Below are positions 49,723 through 61,380 of a stretch of DNA of 64,000 nucleotides, one piece after another (the stretch's first letter is position 1; each line of letters opens with the position of its first letter). The stretch is taken from assembly GCF_011386835.1 (NCBI RefSeq), contig NC_088793.1:170066001-170130000 (forward strand), given 5' to 3'. The notes under the pieces are model-generated. The model ran no database searches and was not told where the DNA came from. It worked only from the letters and a program-made list of their open reading frames with translations. The position numbers and the translations under genes were made by a program. Source of the DNA: Chrysemys picta bellii (taxonomy: Eukaryota).

Positions 49723-50575
49723 CTGTAGCTATAGCTATGTAGTCAAGATCTGTTTATAAAGAATTTTTCATCCAAGATCACTGCTTCCCCTTCACTTCAT
49801 CTCAGGTCACACCTGTGATGCCAGCACAGATGCCAACCCTACCGTGTACTGTGTATAATTATTCTATCAGACAGAATATTTATGCTTAGTAAGCAAAAAG
49901 CAAACATGCAATGGAGTATACGTTGATAGAACCTGATCCCGATCCCATTTACACCAATGACACCCCCATTGACTTCAAAGTCATTATTTCAAGTTTACAC
50001 TGGTGTGATTGAAAGGAAGCCAAAAATCAAGTGAACCCATTTTAATTATTGTTGTTCATTCAGTTTTGTATTCCATTTGCTGTTACTGAAGTGGTGTTTG
50101 CTTGATACAAGGACATCTGGTGCATCTGCCTCCTATCCATTTGTGAATTGTCTGCGAGTAGCGTACAATTTTCCTCACAAGTGATAATGGGCCAGATCAT
50201 GCCCCCTCACCCCCATGTAAAAATTGCACTGGAGGAATAAATAGGAATAAATAAATAAATAAGAAAGTTCTACACTGGGTCCCCTTGCAGAGTTTTCTCC
50301 AAAGTGTTCTGTCACAGAGTTAGGGGAAAGGTAGTGAGAAATGAGCAGGAGATTCATAGGATCAGTATAGAGGCCAATTGCCAATACACTGGCTCTGAGA
50401 ACTCCTAACGGAGTGGGAACCACTGTCACAGCTTTCCCTACAGGCCAATGCCATCAGAACCATCTGTAATGATCAATAGCCAGTAGGTGGTATCTTTTCT
50501 TAGTACTGAATTGTTGTCTTGTTTTGATATGAGGTTGTTGTTTTTGCTAGGGGGTGCAGAGAGGTGGCGCTAGGG

Positions 50576-51434
50576 TAGGATTGCCAACTTTCTAATCACA
50601 TAAAACCGAATACCCTTGCCCCGCCTTTGCCCTGCCCCTTCTACCAGGCTCCACCCCTTCCCCACCCCTTCTCTGAGGCAGGGGTTTGGAGAGCAGGAGG
50701 AGGTGAAGGCTCCAGCTGGGGGTGCAGGCTCCAGAGTGGGGCCAGAAATGAGGGGTTCATGGTGCAGGAGGGGGTCAGGCTCTAGCTGGGGGTGTGAGCT
50801 CTGGGGTGGAGCCAGGGATGAGGGGTTTGGGGTGCATGAGGGGGCTCAAGGCTGGGGCAGGAGGGGGTGCAGGAGGGGGTGCAGGGTCTGGGATCCGGGA
50901 GGAAGTTTGGGTGAGGGAGGGGGCTCAGGGCTGGGGCAGGGGGTTGGGACATGGGAGGGGGTGGGTTGCGGGCTCCAGGAGGGAATTTAGGTGCGGGGGG
51001 GGGCAGGGCTGAGGCAGAGAGTTGGAGGGGGGGAGTTGATTTGGCGTGCAGGTTCTGGCCAGGCAGTGCTTACCTCAGGCGGCTCCCGGAAGTGGCTGGC
51101 ATGTCTGACTCCTAGGCGGAGGAACCACGGGACTCCGTGCACTGCCTGCACCTGCAGGTACTACCTCCGCAGCTCCCATTGGCCACGGTTCCTAGCCAGT
51201 GGGAGCTGCGGAGTCAGCGCTCAAGGCAGGGGCAGCATTCAGAACCCCTGTGGCTGCCCCTGTGCCTAGAAGCTGAACATGCTGGCCACTTCCAGGACCT
51301 GCAGGGAGCCTGCCTTAGCCTCACTGCACCGCCAACTGAAATTTTAGCAGCCCGGTCAGCAGTGCTGACCAGAGCTGCTGGTGTCCCTTTTCGACTGCGT
51401 GTTCCAATCGAAAACTGGATACCTGGCAACCCTA
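50576..51434. mobile_element. hAT MITE with G-rich internal tandem repeats
   Basis: TIR TAGGATTGCCA/TGGCAACCCTA; TSD CGCTAGGG/CGCTATGG (7 of 8); GGGG-run repeats at about 50690-51040. Confidence 0.82.
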
Positions 51435-51561
51435 CGCTATGGGGAAGTTAAATCCTGCCTGTATGTGCTGATGTTGTTACTTGCAATGTTCCAATGAGTC
51501 CTCTGATTTCTAATAAGCATATTACACATCCTTAAAGAGGGATTTTACAGTTAAAAGGGTG

Positions 51562-51976
51562 TGTAACAGGGCCCAGTCCACTCCTGGCTTCTTGTATCAC
51601 AGAAACGTGCTCAGATGCCACTGGCTGGATAGCTACACTGTGCTGTTTATTTATGTCCCCTCCACAACACCTTTACAGTTTTGTACAACAATACTAGTTA
51701 CAACATTCTTTGTATTCTCAGCCTTTCTTCCAGAGCCCAAGAGGAGAGGAGATCTCCCTTCGGGGGATTTGAGTCTAGGTTCAACTAACCCTGCTCCCAC
51801 CCCTTGTATTTCCTTCCTGTGCCTTTTATCAGTCCTCAGCTGATGGGCTAATTAATCCTTCAGATCACCCAGCCTGCTATCCTGATTAGCTAATTACATT
51901 TCATTCCCAGACCTCTTGAGGGAGCCAATTAGTGCCAGAATGAAGCTCACCTGTTAACTCCCAGCAATCTGTCACA
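51562..51976 (-). mobile_element. Probable solo LTR (415 bp, Gypsy-like termini)
   Basis: TGTAACAG...CTGTCACA termini (TG..CA, inverted). On the minus strand a TATA-like GATAAAA (about 51825) precedes AATAAA (about 51650). TSD not clean. Confidence 0.55.
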
Positions 51977-52936
51977 GGGCTCTAGGGAAAGGATAATACA
52001 GCCCGAATCCTATTTACCTCTCTCAGTAGACCCTCCACTGGATGCTTGAATGGGAGAGGAGAAATAAAGTGCACAGTGCTCTCAATTCCCCTGCCCCCAC
52101 CTCATATGCCTTTTGCCCATGGCCAGCTCCCTCATCGCATGCAAATCCCTGACTCACAGCAGGCTTATACCAGGGGAAGGATTCTCTTCATCTTCTACTG
52201 TGTGCTCCCTGCTTGAAATCCCCCTGCCCTCCAGCTATAAATTGTGTGCTGCCCTCATTCATCGACTGAAGTAGAGGAAGATGGCAAGTCACATTCTGAA
52301 TAGGCCCACCAAATATTAATTATATACATCCTCCTATCTCTGCAGGAAGAACATAAAACCAACACACTACAGAAGTGACAAAAAAGCTACTTGCCTTTTT
52401 ATTCTGCTCCCATGTTAATTTGTCACCATTATCTGCCTATATCCATTTTACCACTGTGCAACCAAACAATCACCACAATTTAGAAGACAATGTGAATGGC
52501 AGCTAAGCATTGGTGGTAATGCTCCTTCTTTTCTGTATGTACAGTAAATGGTGACTTTTAAAAAACACCCAGCTATTAAAACAATATATTTACACAAGGA
52601 AGGACCACAAGGAGCCTTGAGCTAGCAGGCAAAAGGAAACAGCAGCAACAGCTACTGAGAAACAGATTATTTTGTAGAGAAGTTGTTCAACCTGCCATTG
52701 GCAAGCATCCACATTCTGAATTTAGATGCTGCTGAATCCCATCCAGAAAAATGTCTACACTTACTTACAAACACGGCCTGCAAGCCAAAATAATTGTTTC
52801 TTATAATGTGAATCTTGAAGAGCCATTTATTATTACGAATCAAAGATTCTATAAAAAGATTACATTGATGCAAATCCAGACCGTCAGGACCCCAGGTTGC
52901 CTGGGTGCTGAGGGCAGAGCTTATCATACTAGAAAT

Positions 52937-53247
52937 CAGGGGTCGGCAACCTTTCAGAACTGATGTGCCGAGTCTTCATTTATTCTCTCTAATTTAAGGT
53001 TTCGCGTGCCAGTAATACATTTTAACGTTTTTAGAAGGTCTCTTTCTATAAGTCTAGAATATATAACTAAACGATTGTTGTATGTAAAGTAAATAAGGTT
53101 TTTAAAATGTTTAAGAAGCTTCATTTAAAATTAAATTAAAATGCAGAGCCCCCTGGACCGATGGCCAGGACCTGGGCAGTGTGAGTGCCACTGAAAATCA
53201 GCTTGCGTGCGGCCTTTGGCATGCATGTCATAGGTTGCCTACCCCTG
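52937..53247. mobile_element. hAT MITE
   Basis: TIR CAGGGGTCGGCAAC/GTTGCCTACCCCTG; TSD CTAGAAAT/CTATAAAT (7 of 8). Confidence 0.87.
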
Positions 53248-56200
53248 CTATAAATTAAACCTAACTATTCCATCATAATTTAATGAAACCTCATTTTCTT
53301 GAGGTTGAAGATGTGGTGTTCAGTAATCACACCCAGACAAGAAGTCTGATACGTCTGTTTCATTAAATGTCTGAGTTCTACCTGATCAACATTACTTCAC
53401 ATGAGCCGTGACAACTGGTTCCAACTAGCTCTTTCCAGAGGTTCCCCACAGAAGATAGTGGAAGCCTACTATTCTTGCAGGATTTCAAAAGTTGTATAAT
53501 TCCTGTACACATATCAGTCATATGGACACAAATGAGAAGTGCTAGAACTTTCCAGCAAGACAAAATATTCAGTGTAAATGGGCCTGAGATGCAAGTTTCA
53601 ATTTCACAAATAGAATGCTCCAAGTGTAGGGAAGGTCATCCTTAATTCCAGGTATTACAGAGACACTATCGGCCTTAGTAGCAAAGTCCAAATTTGAACA
53701 ATAATTGAGGGGGTTCATAGCCTGGTCTGCTTTTTGGATCCATCCCTAATACTTGAGTATTTGTCATTATTTTAAGGAAACAGCCTACCTTAAAAATACT
53801 ATATACTGAATACCTTGGATCAGATTCGCCGGTGTGCCAAGTTCACTTTGCATGAACTGCTTTGTGAACTTAAAGCAATCAGAATTTGATCATGGAGACC
53901 ACCCTCCACTGTGTATTGAGAAACTCAGCTGGCATAAAGATGGTACAGGACGTAGCTCTGTTGCTGGTTCTGTAAACAACTTCCCCCAGCAAAAGGGGAG
54001 GCAGGTGTGGTGGCTAAAGGATGCATCTGGAGTGTGGCAGGGGACAACATGGCAGAGCAAGGCTCCACCATATCAGATTCTCCAGTTTTGTAAATACAAG
54101 CCCCACCCCGAGTTTTAAGGTTTAGACAGGGACCTGGCAGCTGAGAATCAGGGAGCCATGAGAAGCTCCCCTCCACTGTACCTGAGCAGAGGTCTTCTCT
54201 CAGACCTTAATCGGGGAAGTTCTTTCGGAGTAAAATTTGAGGCCCATATCTTTCTCTCACAGGGTAAAAATCACTGGAGGATCTAAGGTGGAGGAACCCT
54301 TGTTCCATCCAGGGACGAAGATTCTGCCTCATACAGAACAGGGTCCAGACCCCATACGACAAGGCTCTTCTGGGACCTTGTGATTTCATGTCAGCAATGA
54401 GCACCTAGGAAAGGGGGCAACCATATCTGCATTTTAGGGGAGTTTTCCAGAACAGGCTGCAGAATAGGAAAAGAAATGTACCCCTGGTAATCTGTGCAGG
54501 GCTGTTTGGAGGGAAATATGTGCCTGCTGCCTAGCTCCATCCACTAAGGGCCTGACTACACTGACTTTCAGTGGGACTTATTACCTATGATTTCAATGGG
54601 ACTCCTAGATCATTTTTGAAAATGGGTGCTTTTGAAAATTTTACCTTAAATCCTTGCCCATGCAAAATTTCCACTTCAGTCAAGGAGAGTTTTGCCTGAG
54701 TAACCATGGAATAAAAACTGGGTAAGGACTTTACGATTTGACCCCTAATCATTATATTTAAAAAACCCATGAAATGCTATTTGTATCAAATACTCAAAGC
54801 CAGATTTTCCTCCTCTTGCTGGTCACTCAAGTCAACAGTCATACTAATGCAAACCTCATGCAAGTGAGAGGAGAATCAAACCTTGCATATCTGAATGATA
54901 AATGACAGCTGTTTACAAGTCTTTTAGGATCTAGAAGGTAAATTCCAAAGAGCTTCTGACATGTAACAGGGGAGGTACTGATTTTAGAGCTGTAAACAGT
55001 TTCCAAAATACAGAAATAGATAGATGTATTGTATCATAGTTTATTTTCATATTTAAAAACATATACATAGCATACATTTTGTAATCCTAGCAAAACATTT
55101 TGAATACACTATTCATCTTTAACATAGCCAAAAATGTATCCCTGTATTCTCTGATCAAACCCGCAGATGTATGTCAAAATTGTCTGTCCTTCATGTATTA
55201 GTCATAGGTATTTTGCAACAAGAAATCTAGTAAACTTCAAATCTACTGTGACAGCATACATTTAACTCTACTAACAGAAGTTGGTGGTTTTCTCTTGGCC
55301 TGCAAATATTATATTTCCTTGTATACCAAATAATTAAACAGACAACATAGCTGTTTTGGAATATTATTAGATACCTATTTCTTGCAGAAAGATGTTAAGA
55401 ATAAAACACCACCCTGTATACTCTTTCTTACATAATTCTTACAAGAAGGAATATGGGAACATTCCTTGTTTTACAAGTCTAGTAGCGCTGTTTAAAATCA
55501 TGTCAAGAGAAAAGACAGTGTGAGGGGGTTTGTAGAGGGACTGCTATAATTACAGAATATTCAATCATTTAAAAGTTAACACAGAGTGGTATCAACTGAT
55601 GATATGATACCACAAGTACTATGATAATAAAAGCAGCATTTAAGAAATGTAAAAGAATTTCTGAATCCTCTAACTATGAAGGTCTGCATTGACAAGAATA
55701 TGTAGTATCCATCTACTTCTAGGTTCTACTGTTTTGTATAGCCGATACAGGGAACTAGAAGGTTGATTTTCAGCAGCAGTCTATATTTAGACTTGGAAAG
55801 ATGCCTCCTAGAAGCCATACTAAGGACAGAAAAGGTCAGCATTTTTGGCATTCAAATCAGAACTAAATGAGAAGGATTCAGTACTCTTCAACCCCTTTAA
55901 TATGCTGTCAGCTCCTTAGCAGCTAGGAAAGACGCTATCAGTAGAGAGACAAGAATGAGGTCCTTTAAGGAATGCAGAGAATCGCTCATGGAAGGGTAAT
56001 GGGGTTAAGGGGGGTGGGAAACGCATCACTTTGTACTGGAATGTCTCTCTTGGGATCTAGGGGATGCCTTCGATACACAGTTAAATTGTCAAAGCTGGGA
56101 GCCTCAACGGTAAAAGTTATCCTGAAGGAAATGAAAGAGATAAACAATGGCCTTATCAAGATTCACGACATCAACTGGAAAATAAAACCCACTACAGTCT

Positions 56201-56468
56201 GCAGATCAAAAAATATTTCTTGTGACTTTTTCAATTAAATTTCCAACAGTGCACAACATTTTCTATCCCTCAAATGATCCGTTTCTCAGATCAGGAAAAT
56301 AAAGCAGATAGTTTACCAGACAGGCCAAATATTTTCAACACCCCCAAGGTCCCCGGGATGGTCAGCCTGACTGCTCTTAATTGCTCATTTCATTAGTCTT
56401 TCCATGGTTTGACAATTGCCCTACACAGAGCAATAGCCTTAGGTTAGTTCCTTGTTGCTTTTCAGAGT

Positions 56469-56670
56469 GGAAGGATGGTCCAGTGGTTAGGGTGCTAGTC
56501 TGGGACTCAGGAGACTGAGGACCAAGTCCCTCGTCCCCCAGACTTCCCATGTGACCTTGGGCAAGATACTTTCCCTCTCTGTGTCTCCCTGTCCCATCTA
56601 TAGAATAGGGATATTAGCCCTTCCCTACCTCACAGTGATATTGCAAGGATAAATACATTAAAAACTGTAT
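56469..56670 (+). mobile_element. CORE/MIR-like tRNA-derived SINE
   Basis: A-box-like TGGTCCAGTGGTTAG, core TGTGACCTTGGGCAAG...CTCTCTGTG...CTACCTCACAG. Confidence 0.75.
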
Positions 56671-56728
56671 ACTATATTCTGGTCATTGTCATGGCAATGG
56701 GGTCCATATAAGTAGATACATTCACGGT

Positions 56729-56878
56729 CAGAGTCATCCCTTGAGTACGGTGAATCTGGGCAACCGCTGAGTGCCCCGTGGGCTGGTGCAGTTGGTCCCG
56801 GAAGTTATGGATTGGTTCCAGAAGTGACAGATTCGTCACTTCTGCCCCAGGCCCCGCATCCCCCTAGGGACGGCCCTA
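56729..56878. mobile_element. Degenerate small hAT-like MITE
   Basis: Right end TAGGGACGGCCCT is an imperfect inverted match to left TCAGAGTCATCCCT; GC/CpG-rich interior with hairpin AGAAGTGAC..GTCACTTCT. Confidence 0.4.
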
Positions 56879-57833
56879 TCCATGGTATCTGGTTAAGTCT
56901 ATTATGAATACACAGTGACTAACCCAAGAGGAAATATTTTCAGTAGCATCATTTGCAGAACTAGCGATAAGCAGCAAAAGTGATTTCTCCTGCATTTCCT
57001 TGGAGAACACAAACATCTTGGTTCATGGAGAAACAAATTAACAAAACTGCATTAAAAATAGTGGCCACCAGTCTGGCATCATGTAGCAGTAATTATCCTA
57101 ATGATAGAAAAGTATATTCTGATATTCTATAGTTAGCACCAAAATGACCCAGAACTTGTATTCCAGCCATTTCCCATAAATGGACTGCACAGTGCATTAC
57201 AACAGCTAAACCTTTGCTTCTATTTTATTGCCTCAGTCACAAGGATTTAAGCTCTATTTACACAAGTGGTTTGAGTTATAAAACACACATTATTACTTAT
57301 AAGTAATTGAAAATAGCCTCCCAGACAAACAGAGATTTGGCCACCTGAATTGTAAGTTTGCCTAGCAAAACTATAATTTGATAGGTGTGCAACAAATGGT
57401 AGATATCCGGCACTAATTCTTCTGCATGTCATTGGATACAAAGATGTAAGGGAAACAGTAGCAGAGGTATACCCACATATTTTTTCTTTAAGTCACTAGG
57501 AAAATGATGTGAAAATTGCAAACGTCTTCCATTAACTTTTTAAACTTTATTAATATGTTTTCAATTTAGCTGACAACTTCTCCTTTGCAGTTCCTCAAGG
57601 AATGTCTAGAAAAATAAGGTACTTGATAAAATGATTCCTTGTAGAATTTGGTTTCAGCTGTGCACTAAACTGTACAATAACATACAGAACCCAGTGCAGA
57701 CATAGGCCTTTTCCTCCGTAGGCTGGTGGGAACTAGAAATATTATATAATTGCTGTTCTCTCCTGCCCACAGGCTGAACAGCCTGGTTTAACAACACACC
57801 TTACAGGTCTGAGGGGAAGGAGAGCAGAGAAGA

Positions 57834-58022
57834 GGGCAGGGATAGCTCAGTGGTTTGAGCATTACCGTCCTAAACCCAGGGTTGTGAGCTCAATCCTTGA
57901 GGGGGTCACTTAGGGATCTGGGGCAAAATCAGTACTTGGTCCTGCTAGTGAAGGCAGGGGGCTGGACTCAATGACCTTTCAAGGTCTCTTCCAGTTCTAG
58001 GAGATAGGATATCTCCATTAAT
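57834..58022 (+). mobile_element. Tortoise Pol III/SINE
   Basis: TAGCTCAGTGGTTTGAGC...GAGCTCAATCCTTGAGGGG...CR1-like tail; paralog of 6050-6228. Confidence 0.92.
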
Positions 58023-60940
58023 TTAGTTTTAAGAGAATACAAAAATATTTCCAGTAAAAGATGTAAAAAAATTCCTGAATCTTTAACCAGAGTCTGATCT
58101 CACTGCCATTGAAGCCAAAGGCAAATCTATTAAATTGAATTGGACCTTCTTCTAAGAAAGTAATAAGGATAAGTACATCTGGCATGACTTGAGAAAACCT
58201 ACCCAGGATGCGTGGGATTGTGAGGCTACAAAGAACATCAACCACCAGCGTCAAGTCTTTAGGTTTCTGTTAATCCTGGGTAGCATTTTCAAAAGCACCT
58301 AAGTGACTTTGAAGCATTTTAGTAAATTTTACTACTACTTCCAAATCATTGTGTGTGTGTGTGTTCTTTCCAACACACACATGCATAGCATCCTTTTAAA
58401 GGACATGTTGTACTGGAATGCAGGAAGCTGTTATGCACTACAAATAGCAGCTTTGCTTAATTACAAAAGGAAAGGGGTTTTGTGTTTTTTGTTTTTAATC
58501 ATATTAGGAGTCTAAAGGAGCAAGCTACAGGAAAATGTGAAGTCTGAATCATGTAAATATTTCTAATTTTAGATACCAGTAGATAAAGAATGAATGTGAG
58601 ATGAGCTTGTTCAACAAAAGATAGTTTTTCTGCTGACCACCAATAGTGGGTTGAGATAAAATTTTAGGCAACAAATGTATTGCAGCATAACATCATTAGG
58701 TGACATCTTGCTAGATTTGTTTTAAGCAGGACTCCCCTCTGATTTCAATGAAAAATTCTGCCTAATAATCTTTGGCATTATGTACCCTTGCTTATCTGAT
58801 AACTTTTACTTGAGCATTTTAAAGTAGTTGACTGATTAAACATCACTGAAGTAAAATGTTGTTATCCTCATTATAGTTGGTAAACTGTGTCACAGAAAAA
58901 TGACTAGCCCTTACAGTGCTCATCAGTGCATTTTAAAAATCAAACACATCTGATTTTTGTTTTTGTTTTTTGCAGTTCCATAATAAGATTCTACACCGTC
59001 TGGAGTGAAATTGTGTGCATGTACTAATGATTTAAGATCTCTCTCAATCAAGAATAAAAATGTTTTTCCATTAGAACAAAATAAGCATCCCTTTCCTGAC
59101 TAGGATTTAACTATACAATTAAAACCATTAGTATCATCAATTGTTTTACCCTACATTCAAAAAGTAGTTTACAGGTTATCAAAAGCAGTTACGTAATTGA
59201 CTCTCACACAAATTTCACTAACACTGTGCAGCCCTTTGGCGGGGGTGGGGCCTATCCAGAATGAAGAATTGCTCCTGTTTAGAATAATTTATGGCCTAAC
59301 CCTGCAGTCTTTGCTCAGGCAAAGCTCCAATTAACTTAATTTGAAATTTTGCCTGAGTCAGATTTCTAGGGCTTTATAGGTAATGAATACATTTTAATTA
59401 TTTAAAATTTGCACTGCCGAAAAAATGAATGTAGTCTTTAGGACCACCTAGCGGAATACAAATACAATTGCAGCTACATGCTATTTTAGTTGATCTTGGG
59501 CAAACTTGTTCAAACAAAATAACTATCAAGTCTTAAACTGTTTCCTGAGCCTCAGCCAGCTTCCTGGGAGCAAAATTTATAAAATCTTTTGTGGCAGGAT
59601 GTTCTTGTAGTGCTATCAAAGTTCTGTTCTCAAAGCTACCGTGTTTGCCTTCTATAATAGCTCTCTGAAATCACTGGAGAGTCATAGTGCCAAGTCTCCA
59701 TAAGGAGATAAAAAGTCTATAATACACACATGAGAACACAACAGAACCACATTTTCTAGTAAGAGTATTCTGTATCAGAAATCAAACTCTGTAATGGAGT
59801 CCAGTCCCCTATCATCAGAATATGATCCTGAGAACAGTACTGAGTGAAGCGGACAGCCTGATGCTGAGTGTCACGAATGCAGGAAAAGAGCTTGTTAGTG
59901 TTGCAAAACAATTCTGAACCGCTCTGTTGTGTTGCTAGCTCATGTGAAACATGTACTTTCAGTTACTATGAAGTGGCAACTGCATTTCAGTTCTGGAGCT
60001 CAACTCTTTCAGTAAACTCTAGATCTGGGAGAGCCTGTGACAAAATACTTGGATCAAATGGCATAATACTGCTCTCAGTTAGAGTTGAAAATCTGAAGAG
60101 ATTCAAAGGAAGTCTAAAGAGTTTTTTTTAATATTGGCGTAAGAGAATAGAGTTTGGCTCCTCCTAGAGATCAGCGATAAAGACTTCTTTGATCATGTTT
60201 CCCTCCCTCCTTTCATACACCCCAACCCTGCATTCTACCAGCACAGGCTTGTTCGCTACTTTCTGTTCACTATATTTGCAAACCTAGGTGTTAAAATTAG
60301 GCTCCTAAATGCATATGTAAGGCCACTAAGAAGTAGAGGTGTCTTTGAAACTCCCATTGACTTGATTGGCATTTGTGAGTTCTCAGCAATTCTATAAATC
60401 AGCTATTTATGTAGATGCCTGTTGTGTTAATGAACACAACATGCATCTATTAATTTAGGAGAGTAATTTGAGGCACCCAGATTTGAAAACATCGACCTGC
60501 ATCAATAAGTGTTTTGTCCAATCTATTTTTAAATGACCACAAGATGGTACTTGTCCCATCACTTCCCTTGACTGTTTCTGCAGCCTAGAAAGCTACCCTT
60601 TGGAAATTCTTCCTGATAGTCTCTCTCTTTCCCTAAATGAGGGAGATTTTCACAGCACAAATGGCAATTAGGACTGATTGGTAGTGAACTGTCAATTGTG
60701 CCTTCAAAAATCAACCCCAATATACATAAATGCACATCCCACCAAGCAAGCCTAAGCTGAACTGAAAAGTTTATTTCCACTAAACTGAAAACAGCATATT
60801 GTAAGTCATTTAAAAATAGTTTTCTCTTCTCTGCACACATCCATCCAGATCTCTTTTTGAATGCAATAAAAGCTATAAATTTATCTAAAATGAAAGGTAG
60901 TCCTGAGCTTCCCCTTTTTGTCATCCCATCCTCATTACAG

Positions 60941-61027
60941 GTCCTTTCATCTCACTCCTCTAATTTGGGCTACAATTCACAAACACACACTCAGCCAACC
61001 AAACTTCTAGTTGCCCACTCACCTGGG
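60941..61027 (+). other. Candidate 87-nt cassette exon
   Basis: Long pyrimidine tract ending TTACAG, donor GGG|GTAAGT; length divisible by 3; only frame 0 is open (VLSSHSSNLGYNSQTHTQPTKLLVAHSPG). Confidence 0.2.
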
Positions 61028-61380
61028 GTAAGTAACTTTTTGACAGGCAAGTAAAATATCATTGGTGTTTTCAATGTTATCAACAATCATAGTAAAGGGG
61101 TGTTGAAGGAATGTTGTAGCTAAGCTGGTAAATGTTCACAACAATTTTGCACAGTTGGCACAACATAATGCAGCCACCCATGTTAGACCTTTCCTAAGCT
61201 TCAGCCTATAGAAATCCTGAACAGCAAAAACAGAACCTCTCTAACAAATCTGGGTCCAAAAGGGACTGACACAGAGCCTTAGGTTCTGTTTAACATCTTT
61301 CCCTGGGCTCCCTTTTATTACTCACAACCAAACACTGAACAAAGAAGGCTCTGCAACCTCCGTTAGTCTTTATGCATTCT

